Part shown: piece after piece, positions 53,807 to 64,000 of the stretch
Layout of the letters: each line of letters starts with the position of its first letter
Position numbering within the stretch: the first letter of the stretch is position 1
Assembly (NCBI RefSeq): GCF_006345805.1
Contig: NC_042999.1
Coordinates: 135,284,001 to 135,348,000, forward strand
Length of the DNA: 64,000 bases
Direction: 5' to 3'
Origin: Octopus sinensis
Taxonomy: Eukaryota
Notes under the pieces: model-generated
Database searches by the model: none
What the model saw: the letters and a program-made list of their open reading frames with translations, nothing else
What the model was told of the DNA's origin: nothing
Program-made: the position numbers and the translations under genes

Positions 53807-56800
53807 AAAAAAGGTGTTAGTAAAAGAACAGGGATGATAGTTTAAAAAGTTTGAGAAGCACTGCTCCAAGTTATTGTTATCTTTAATTCTAGAAGTCATT
53901 GTGTCCTTAAGTACTTTTATAATGAGCTACCTTTTGGTTAGCTCATTATAAAAGCTCTTCAGTTTTCAATTTTATTCAAATGCATGTAAAACTCTCAACT
54001 TTTTGTTCTCTGACAGTTTATTCAAGGTGTCACTTCATCCTTTATATACTAGCAGTATAATATTGCATTGTTGCCTGCTTATATCCCTTGAATAAATCTT
54101 AACCATTTCTATAAAACCCTCATCCTTTTGGTGTTATCTTCAAGGAATGAAGACTACTGAAAAATACTGTTAAACATCTACTTTTATTTTAATCTTCTCA
54201 CTGAGGACATTGACTCTTCTGTGCATTCCAGCAATACATAGTTTTCCCATTAACTCCTGGATGAAAGAAAGCGAGTTTACATTGAAAGTTGTTTTTATAT
54301 CCATGAATGCTTGAGTTCCTTCTGGAATATTCTCTCTAAAATGCTATATCTATATTTGTAGCAGATGATCAGAGTTCTGCAATAGTAATCAATAGAATAT
54401 ACTCTTTGTATAGAACTTGATAAGCAAAGCATGTTATTAACATGGAAAGCTTTCAACATCTTGTACACTATCTCAGAGTTCTTCTCTACATTTTTTTTCT
54501 TATTTCAAAGACGTTTTCTTTATTCACAGGTTTCTCTGTTGGCTATTTGTACTCATTATTTGGTAATCTATCATAGTCAGATTGTCACTGTGAGTTAGGT
54601 ATTTTCATACCATTTGGACATCCCTTTTTTCATTCTGTTAAACAGATATACTGTTTTGTTATTCAAAGCACTTTCTCATTCTGTCATCAAAACATTAATT
54701 TCAAATACTGGTACAAAGTCACACATTTTGGTGGGAGAGTGTACTTTATTTTATTGATTCTAGAGATGAAAGCAAAGTTGACTTCCATAGAATTCAGAAA
54801 GTAGAGTGCATTAACTAAGTATCATGTCATTTTGTTCAGTTTTCTATTGAATCTGCTTATTTCATTAATAAAATATTGGTAGTTTGTACTGTGTACCAAT
54901 TCCACTTTTGTTTTTTACAGTCAGCTCCATAATGTTGCACTGTCACCTTGCTACTTAGATCTGTGTACCTCTTCTGTGACTATAGAGCTATTTGAATTCT
55001 TACAAAAAGCTGTTCATTTACAATTGTTCAGCTGTTTTCCTCATTGAATTCTTTATCTGTCCCTTTTTCATATAAACATCTGTCAGTGTGAAGACTAGTC
55101 ATTATTGAAATATTTTAGCATCAGGAACATTTGCTTCATCCACTACAACTTGTAAAGTGGTGGTAATAGGAAAGACATTCAAACATAAAAACAGTGCTAA
55201 AAATAAAATCTATGAATGACACTAGACTCTGCACACCCAAACATAAATTATCTTACTGTACAATAACTTTGAATAAGAGTCAATACAGAGCAGAGGGGAC
55301 TCCTTAGTCCTCTCATATAGCACAACACTCTCTAGGTCTTCTAACATAATAAAATGTATCTAGTCCACTATAAGATAAACATAATAATAAAGTTGACTGT
55401 TACACTGTGTGTACCTGCATAGAAAAGTGGACCTAAAATGATAATGGGGTCAAATTTTCACCTTGAGTCTTCACATCCTGGTAACACTTGGGAAAATTTA
55501 GCTGCTTATCGTCATTGCATTCCTGGGCTTCAAGGTTTGTTTTGATTTTACGCATCACCAGTCATTGTTGGGTGTCATATAAGCAAATATTTGTCAGCTT
55601 GTGACACTAACCAAAATTAGAGTAGAGTTGAGGAGACATATTTGACATAAAATGGGATGTTTAGCAGAGTTCCAATTATATAAATGACTAAGTGTTATCC
55701 ACATATCTTTGTTGTCGTTTAACACTGGTCAGTCTTAATGAAGCAGACCTGACCTATGCTGTGTAAGCATAATTAGCCATATAACTATGATCCACAGATC
55801 CAGTACCGCAGATATACTATGCCTCCAACTTTTTTGAAGATCATTCATAAATTTGAACAGACTGTTTTGAATAATGTAGCCTTTTGGGCATATTGTACTT
55901 ACATCACCCTCCGGTTTGTCCTGGTTACTTGGTCAGAGCACAAATAGATGCTGTCCCTCTGTACTTTGAGATACTCACAACCAGAGTTAATTATAACTCT
56001 GGTTATATCTCAAAGTAGTCTTCAGTGCTAATTATGTTATTGATGCTTCTCTTGTTTTTGTTTGTACTGTGTGTGTTTTTTTTTATGCAGATTGAGTTTG
56101 AAAGTTTATGTTCATTCTTAGGATGACATTGTTGTGATCATTCAAATTGCTAGAATTAGCAGCCATATTTCTTTTAGTCTATCTTTACTGTGTTGAAATA
56201 TTCCACATAAATGGACTGAATAACCATGGATGGAACATTGGTTGAATGATTACAAAAATCCCCTATTCTTGTTGTTGATTACAATTGAGTGAATCTAGGT
56301 AAGGTTATAGCGAATACATACCTTAATTATGATGATGGTGCTCTCTCATGCCTGTCTCTTTCCAATTTCCAGATATATTAGATGATTGAATACTTTGAGG
56401 CAAGTTAACCTGAAAGTAAAAACATTCAAAGGCAAGGTCTTATCAGCTGGTTTTACAACTGGGTTAAAGTGGGTTTCTTTATTTGGGCTTTTCTTGCCTA
56501 TTGACTGATCTGTCCAACAATATAACTGAGAAGTACATTAACTTAACTCCTACTGCTTTTGAGATTGTTGCTTGATCTCTAGGAAATCAAACTTTGCATA
56601 ATGATTTATGTGATGCCACTACTATTTGTATCTAACACCCACTAGTCCTATTGGTTTGGTCATTCTTGTCAACATTCTCCAGAAATGAAATTGTTTTAAG
56701 TATTAGATGAATGCTGATGCAAATACAATTCACTTCTCAATTCCTTATCCTCTTGATTGGCTTTTTAATAAAGTCATTGCTTTTAAACTGTGTTGAGTAG

Positions 56801-57110
56801 CACCTCTCTCTTTCATTCACTTTTTAACTCTCTCCGTCCATATTTCCTGGTTGTTGATTCACAATACATTGTATAGTCCCAGATTTATTTATTCCTCGCT
56901 TATTATTTTGGTTACAACCTTCTGGTATGGATTTTTAAGATATCTGCTACAATGCCAATATCCTTTAATGAAATGTCTGGATGTGGTTTTCATTGAGATT
57001 TCATAGAATTGTTAATCCTTTTCGTGAAGTTAACTTATTGATATTAAACTATCAAGCATAATAGCATGCGTACATTTTTGCACTTTTACTTGGGAAATGG
57101 ATAATGACAT

Positions 57111-57478
57111 TCTATACTAGCTCAGTGGTTGGAGCATCTATACTATATAGCTCAGTGGTTAGAGCGTCGAGCTTACAATCATGAGGTTGTGAGCTCGACT
57201 CCCAGACTGGGCTGCGTATTGTGTTCTTGAGCAAGACACTTTATTTCACGTTGTTCCAGTTCACTCAGCTGTAGAAATGAGTTGCGACGTCACAGGTGTC
57301 AAGCTGTATCGGCCTTTGCCTTTCCCTTGGATAACACTGATAGCGTGGAGAGGGAAGGCCGGTATGAATGGGCAACTGCTGGTCTTCCATAAACAACCTT
57401 GCCTGGACTTGTGCCTGGGAGGGTAACTTTCTAGGTGCAATCCCATGGTCTGTGTTGTGACCGAAGGGGGTCTCAGAC
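57111..57478 (+). mobile_element. tRNA-derived SINE family D with duplicated A-box start
   Basis: TAGCTCAGTGGTT occurs twice (57118, 57148); B-box-like GAGCTCGACTCC; then a CORE/V-like tgtgttcttgagcaagacact segment. Confidence 0.8.
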
Positions 57479-57633
57479 TAGACATATCAGTGTGAAGAGG
57501 TATTAATGATGTCCAATTAATTGTAACCCTTTGGATTATTTAACTATTTTTGCCATGTGTATTTTAATATTTAGTTCCATTTATTGCCTTATGCTAACTC
57601 AGTGTTAAATTATCATTTTAATTTATTTTGTAG

Positions 57634-57848
57634 ATCTTTACGTCAGAAAGAAAGCTTTACACTCAAGCTGAACTTGCTCATCATCGTAGTGTAGGGGATC
57701 CCGATGATTCTTCCTATCGAGGTCATCCACTATGTCAGTTTTGTCAAAAGCGTTACATGGATATTGATGATCTCTATCGGCATTTGCGTAAAGATCACTT
57801 GTTCTGCCATTTTTGTGATGCAGACAACATCTCTAATCAATACTACGA
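57634..57848 (+). CDS. ZNF598: ZNF598 exon 3 (C2H2 fingers)
   Basis: ttgtag|IFTSERKLYT...GDPDDSSYRGHPLCQFCQKRY...LYRHLRKDHLFCHFCD...QYY GA|gtaagt; phase 0-2. Confidence 0.95.
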
Positions 57849-57954
57849 GTAAGTCTATTATTATTTTGATTTCAATTTGATTTTTCCAATGTTATTGAGC
57901 TTTCAAGTAAGTACCTTATTTTTTGATAAGATCCTTAATTTATGTCCTAACGAA

Positions 57955-58290
57955 AGTGCGTAACTCAGTAGTTAGTGTCAGGCTCACAACCATGAGGTTG
58001 TGTGTTCGATTCCTGGACTGGGCTGTGTGTTGTGTTTGTTGAGCAACACACTTTATTTCACGTTACTCCTGTTCACTCAGTTGTAGAACTGAGTTGTGAC
58101 ATTGCTGGTGCCAAGCTGTATCGGCCTTTGCTTTTCCCTTGGATAACATCAGTGTTGTGGAGAGAGGAGGCTGGTATGTATGTGCGACTGCTGGTCTTCC
58201 ATAAACAACCTTGCCTGGATTGATGCCTTAGAGTGTAACTTTCTAGGTGCAATCCTATGGTCATTCAAGACCAAAGAGGGTCTTTACCCT
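57955..58290 (+). mobile_element. tRNA-derived SINE family D
   Basis: Colinear with 57148-57478. Confidence 0.8.
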
Positions 58291-58379
58291 TTTAATGTAG
58301 CCTGTCATCAAAAGTAAATGTCAAATTTATAAATGTCCTTATGGTATTAGTTGATATTAAGGACAGCAATATCTGCATT

Positions 58380-58580
58380 GACAGGGTATGGGCAAGGTGT
58401 GATTGTCTTAATTTGACTGAGGTGTGAAGGTGAGCAGGAATGAGAGAAAAACTAACAACCAAAATGGATAAATGAATGTTGAGGTGGTTTGGCTACATGG
58501 AGGAGATGAATGAGGAGCAGATGGTAAGGAGTGTGATGAAGGCAGAAGTGGCAGGCAACAGAACCAGAGGCAGACCTCAG
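58380..58580 (+). mobile_element. RTE LINE C-terminal fragment
   Basis: MLRWFGYMEEMNEEQMVRSVMKAEVAGNRTRGRP. Confidence 0.7.
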
Positions 58581-58582
58581 AT

Positions 58583-59560
58583 CCCCATAAGTAATGTTTA
58601 AATATTGAGTAAGAAGGAAAGATCTCTAAATTTCAAAATTAGAATTCAATCATTAACCTAATTATGAACATTTTCACTGACTTCTTTCCAATGATTTAAG
58701 TTTTTTAATATCATTTGTGTAAAGAATGTAGAGTAAGTAGTTTCTATTTCTTCATGTTTCAAGAATTAGTCCATCAAGGTAATCTTATAAACTTCAGAAT
58801 AGGTAGTATTCAAATAGATTAAGAGGATATGGAAAGTTTTCAATCTTTTCAGAAGTGGTCTTTGCTGTATGGAATCATGCATTATCATGATGGAACACCA
58901 CTTCTTTGCATTTCACTAAAGTAGATCTCTTTTCTTTCAAAGAAGTGTTTAACCTTTTAGCAGTCAGCTTACTCTGTCAAGTGTAATGTTTATTTATTCA
59001 CATTGCTTTGACTTAATCATGCATTATCTCATAGCTTTGATATTTTGATGGTTTACTTTTAGAAATACATTGTAAGATAGATGTGAGATGCCAGATCTGG
59101 CTAGTTTGAACATTAAACAGGTACAATACTTGGGCTAGATATGGCTGGTTTAGATGCCAAAAGGTTAAACATTCTAACTATTGACAGTAAATATCTGCTG
59201 TAATTGTTTCATTAACTGGCTGCAATTCAAAATGGATCACACCAACACAGTCCCACCCGACACTAAACAATGTTTTTCTTGGCTGGAGGTCTCTTGGATT
59301 GTGGTTTAGCCAGTTTGCCTTCAGTGAACCATTGTTTGTGTCACTTAACAATCTTGTAAAAGATTCACTTTTCATCATTACTTGCTAATCTTTTAAAAAT
59401 GGTGATATGTGTTCATGAATGTGTAGAGAAGTGCAGATATCCATTTGTAATATGTGTCGTTTTCTGTCAAATTATGGGAACTCATTTTCCAAGCTGTTGC
59501 AGAAGCCAAACTATTGAATGACTTGAATTCAGCTTCTAGGTTGCTTCAACCATAACAGCA
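58583..59560 (-). mobile_element. Old mariner relic interrupted by a TTAA MITE
   Basis: LQPRKTLFSVGWDCVGVIHFELQPVNETITADIYCQ and VFHHDNA on the minus strand; partial TIR ccccataagtaatg. Confidence 0.75.
58953..59164. mobile_element. piggyBac-type MITE with both TTAA copies intact
   Basis: TTAA-CCTTTTAGCA ... TGCCAAAAGG-TTAA. Confidence 0.82.
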
Positions 59561-59764
59561 ATGTTTTGATAAAGTTTTCACAAAAGTAGATTTTCATTAA
59601 ACTTAACCAGACAGCCTTAAACAACTTAGGTGACCTAAATGAAATTTCTGTAAATTTTGTTTCAACTGGAAGAGTATGTTGTTTTGTACATTTACACATT
59701 AACAAGTATGTTGTTGAGTATGTTTCATTTACCAGTTTATGAAGACTTTCTTTCTCTCTTTTAG

Positions 59765-59982
59765 TGAATACAGCGTGTTAAAGGAACATTTTCGAAAGGA
59801 ACATTATTTATGTGAAGAGCCCGAGTGTGCCAATGCACAATTCACTCATGCATTTCGCACTGATATTGACCTTAAAAAACATATCACTCAGGAACATGGG
59901 CAAAATCTTACCAAGGCCCAAGCACGACAGGCACGCACTATTGATTTAGATTTCCAACTGCCTCCACGCATCAGAGCTAGAG
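59765..59982 (+). CDS. ZNF598: ZNF598 exon 4
   Basis: ttttag|T EYSVLKEHFRKEHYLCEEPEC...FTHAFRTDIDLKKHITQEH...ARQARTIDLDFQ...AR G|gtaaga; phase 2-1, in frame with exon 3. Confidence 0.95.
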
Positions 59983-60399
59983 GTAAGACTTAAATTTTCA
60001 AATATAACAGTTTACTAATATGTATTGAAGTTTACTTTAATTAATATATCATTTGTTAATAATTAATTTAATAATTTGCTTTGTCTGTATTTATCACACT
60101 ATTATACGTTTCTAAGCCATGATAATTCTGTTTATAGATTTTGGCTTGTAATGTTGGTTATAAAAGATGAACTGATTCTTTCTATAATGTATCAGTTTCT
60201 CATTTTTAACTTTCTGTAGATAGCAAAATACTTATTTCATCCAAGCCAGCATGGAAAATAGACAGCCTCTTCAGACACATAAATGATGTGTCTGAAGAGA
60301 CTGAATGTGGCTCATATGGAAATATGAGTAAAAGAATAATGTAGTTCCCCGACAAATATAGTTTCAGGTTATGTGATCATTATTGTGGGATATCCTACT

Positions 60400-63335
60400 T
60401 ATATGATAGGGGAGCTCCAAAAGGGGTCTCAGGGAGTAGTGTCCCTGCCTTTCCGAGCTAGTTTTCCATCACATTTCTTAAAAATCATGGTAGAGCCCTT
60501 GGTCTCAGGACTACTCATGTCTAGAAACTGAGGTTGAGGATAAGCAAGGGCATGCTCCCTGCGGAAAATCCAGCTCCAAAAAAGCCTCATGACAACAGCA
60601 AAGAAGCATGGGTACCAGCCAGCCCAAAGGTTGGGGTGGGCTGCACCTGCCTACCTCAAAAAGGAAGGTACAAACCCTATCTTGGCTCATGCAAGCATGA
60701 CTTGCCTTATGATGTCCGATAGCCTGAGTAGAAACTTGGAGTGAGGTTTGGAAGTTAGGAAGTGGGCAGTCTGTGTGGAAGGGGGACTGAGGTGTGTGAG
60801 GAAGAGGAAGGTGGATGTGTGCAGAAGGCTTGGTGACCAGGATGCAAGATTTGTGGGGGTCAAGGGAAGAAGGTACATGTTGTGGTCAGGAAATGGCAAG
60901 GGGACTGGAGGTGTGGGAGTTTTGGTGAAGGAAGAAATCTGTGTCAAGGTAGTGGAGGTTAGGAGAAAGAGTGACAGTGTTGAGGGTGATTTGTGGGTAT
61001 GGTCTGCAAAGAAGAATCGCTGATTAAGTGCATAAGATAGATGAATTGGTTTGGGGCATGGGTGATTTTAATGGACATGTTGGGAAATGGATTCAGGAAT
61101 TTGAGGGTGTGCATGGGGGAAACAGAATTGGGGAGAGAAATATAGAAGGAAGGATGCTGTTGGAGTTTTGCAATGAGGAGGAGTTGTGTGTGGCAAACAC
61201 ATGGTTTAGGAAAATGGAGAAAAGGAAAGTGACTTTCAGTGCAGGAGGGAATGAGACAGATTGATTTCGTGTTGGTTGGCATGGAAAACAGAAAGTATCT
61301 GAAAGATGTGAAGACAATACAAAGGGAGTTGCAGCACAGGTTGGTGGTTTCTGACTTGGATAAGAAGAAAGTTAAAAACTCTGTAAGAAAGGGAACACTA
61401 GAGCAGAGAAAGGTGTGGAAACTGAAGGAAGAGGAAACAAGAGCAAAGTTTGAGGAGAGAGTTGGGGAGTTGGTAAGCATTGGTGCACTGGATTTGTGGA
61501 AGTCTTTTAAAGAAGGGATACTAAACGCATGTAACAAAGTGTGTGGAAGGATGAAAAGTAGAAGAGATCTAGGAGATATGTAGTGGTGGAACGAGGAGGT
61601 GAGGGATGTGATAATGAAGGAGGCGCACAAGGCTCTATGTTATAATGGGACTGAGCAAATGAAAGCCAGTTATAATGACATGAAGAATTGTGCAGAGAGG
61701 GTGGTTGCGAGATCTATGAGGAAGGAGACTGAGGAGAAGTTGAGCAGGCTGGATGAGAACCCAGAGAGAGTGTTTAGGTTTAGAAATTAATGAAAAAAAG
61801 ATGGAAGAGATGTTGAAGGAGGGAGATGTATGAGGGGGAGTGATGGAAGGTTGAATTTTAGTGAGAAGGGCAGGGGATGAGTTTGGAAAGAGCATATGGA
61901 GGGAATTATGAATGAGGAGAATGAATGGAATCAGAAGTTTTGGGAGCATGCAATGAAGATCGCGGAAAGGATGTTGGAGAGGAGAATTCAGAAAACGGTA
62001 GATGTGGACATGATGCAATTTGGTTTTATGCCAGGAAAGGGGACAATAGATACAGTCTTCATTGTAAAGAGATTGCAAGAGAAATGCTGATATAAGGAGT
62101 GGTACATGTGCTTCGTTGATCTAGAGAAGGCATTTGATAGGGTTCCAAGGAAGGTGATTGAGTGGACATTGAGGAAGAGAGGTGTACTAGAGGTAATAGT
62201 GAGGGCAGTGATGAGTTTGTATGAGGGGGGTAAAGACGAGTTAAAGTTGGATCAGAGCTGTCGGAGGAGTTTATGGTGAAAGTTGGTGTGCATCAGGGAT
62301 CTGTGTTGTCACTGTTGTTGTTTGCAATAGTGGTTGATGTGGTGATGGAGAGTGCAAGAGAGGGATTGATAATGGGGATACTGTATGCGGATGGCTTTGT
62401 TCTGATGAGTGAGACGATGGAGGGATTGAGGGAGAAGTTTTGGAAATGGAAGGAGGCGTTTGAAAGTAAACCTCGGGAAGACAAAGGTGATGGTGAGCGG
62501 GGTGGAAGAAGTTTTAGTGTGGTGTGTGTGGGAGGAGGGTAATGGCAAATGTGGTGTTGTGTATGATATGTGGGAAATGGATTCATGGTAGATGTATGAA
62601 AATGAAGGTGACCTCAAGACTGGCAAGAGAGTTTGTTTGTGGAAGATGTGAGAAAGGAGGTGGAGGGCTGGTGAAACCAGTGGAAACGCTATGTGATGAG
62701 GTAGAAGTGGTGAGAGGATTTTATTATTTGAGAGATAGGGTAGATGTAAGTGGTAGATGTGAAGCATCTGTGGCAGCAAGAGCAAGACTTGGCTGGGTGA
62801 AGTTCAGGGAATGTGGAGCATTATTATATGGGAAAAGGTTCACTTTGAAGATGAAAGGAAGGGTTTATCGGAGTTGCGTGAGATCTGCAGTGCTGCATGG
62901 GAGTGAGACATGGTGTCTGAGGGAAAGCGAAATGGCAGTTTTGAGGACTGAGAGAGCAATGTGTGATGTGAAACTATTGGATAAAAGGAGGGCTGAGGAC
63001 TTGATAGGGATGCTGGGGCTGGAAGAATCGGTGGAACAGCTGGTAAAGACAGATGGAGTTTGGTGGTATGGACATGTGTTGAGGAGGGATGAGGTTCATG
63101 TTCTGAAGAGAGTGCTTGAGTTTAAAGTGAATGAACTGTGAAAGCAAGGTCAACCAAAAAACAACGTGGAGGAGCAGATTGGGAGGGTTGGCTTGAGGAG
63201 AGAGGACACCTAAAACTAGGCTGGATGGTGTGAGAGTGGTTGCTGTAAGAGTGAGGTAGACCTGACACCCCCGCCTATTAACAGGGGGGACAAACCCGGA
63301 TTTAAAATATTGGAATTCATCTTCATCATCACCAT
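60400..63335 (+). mobile_element. Near full-length decayed RTE-clade LINE in ZNF598 intron 4
   Basis: APE motifs GGVGVLV, GDFNGHVG, ANTWF, IDFVLV; RT motifs [36 protein letters not shown]; (CAT)-like tail; many stops and frameshifts. Confidence 0.92.
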
Positions 63336-63635
63336 GGTCATTGTTCAAAGAATTTGGTACCAGCCAAAAGACTGATAACAAATTCCTCAAAATAGCTACC
63401 ATAATTGTTGCGAAAATTTAATCAAAAGCTATTTCAGTTTAATAAAATTTGTAAATTCAAATAAGATGTGAATTCTAATGTTTCAGGCAGACCTGTTCTT
63501 GTTTTCTTTCAATTCTTTATTACATGTTGATCACTAAGTAAAAATAGTAATCTTAGATATTGCTCAGGACTTTTAGCTGTTAAGGAATTTTATTTAACTG
63601 TAAAAGAAATTTACATGAAAATCTGAATGTTGCAG

Positions 63636-63726
63636 ATATTGGTGGTCGTCCAGACTACAGAAATGAAGCAAGTTCTCGTGGAAGATATTCTAAAGCTCAA
63701 AAAGGAAGGGCATATTTTGATGGAAG
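63636..63726 (+). CDS. ZNF598: ZNF598 probable exon 5 (R/G-rich linker)
   Basis: ttgcag|AT...DIGGRPDYRNEASSRGRYSKAQKGRAYFDG AG|gtaaac; phase 1 start continues exon 4 with an open frame. Low sequence conservation, so the support is mainly splice and frame logic. Confidence 0.72.
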
Positions 63727-64000
63727 GTAAACATCTATTTACATTTTCTTCAATAGTTATATGCACTAATGTATTTGTAATGTTTTATTTATTGGAATAT
63801 AAACGTTCAGATTGAATGAAATTTTGTCATAATTTTTTTCAAGAGATCCACTTAGTGAAAGTAAGTGATGTTATTGCAGAGTTGGTCAATACATTTTCTA
63901 GAAGCTAAGAATCTGAACAATATTTTTGTAATAAACTTCAAACCTGTGATCTTTGTTCTATTTATCATGACACATAGAACACAGCTCTTCAATAGTTTCC

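Larger units (their letters stand above)
52062..53863. mobile_element. Old hAT (Charlie/MER5-like) element enclosing younger insertions
   Basis: Termini TAGTGCTTCTCAAA ... TTTGAGAAGCACTG; flanking 8-mers ctctatac and ctccaagt match only partly. Confidence 0.5.

Noticed and set aside
54049-54100. ctagcagtat as another Helitron 3' end
   Set aside because: Only about 10 bp match and the GC hairpin is absent.
54100-57050. Possible very old LINE or transposase relics
   Set aside because: No motif could be decoded with confidence.
57118-57215. tRNA gene
   Set aside because: A/B boxes are present but there is no complete cloverleaf, and it runs into a SINE body repeated at 57955.

Overview
AT-rich, repeat-dominated eukaryotic DNA. 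The SINE, RTE and microsatellite content looks like an Octopus (coleoid cephalopod) genome; this is an inference from repeat style. Two host genes are recognisable and sit head-to-head with 406 nt between their ATGs: synaptogyrin (minus strand, only coding exon 1 seen, 45700-45801) and ZNF598, the RING/C2H2 ribosome-collision E3 ligase (plus strand, five exons from 46208 to 63726, continuing past the window). The rest is intronic or intergenic. It contains four mariner relics, a DD36E Tc1-like element, three Helitrons plus a 5' fragment (one Helitron carries a piggyBac transposase fragment and a 116-bp array), CR1/L2-type and RTE LINE remnants, a Penelope-like GIY-YIG remnant and a 1-kb solo LTR. 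It also contains a fold-back element, several MITE families, many SINEs, about 10 kb of micro/minisatellite and a 100-N scaffold gap. The long ORFs at 28-39 kb are satellite artefacts. All alignments were done by eye, so boundaries of decayed repeats are approximate.
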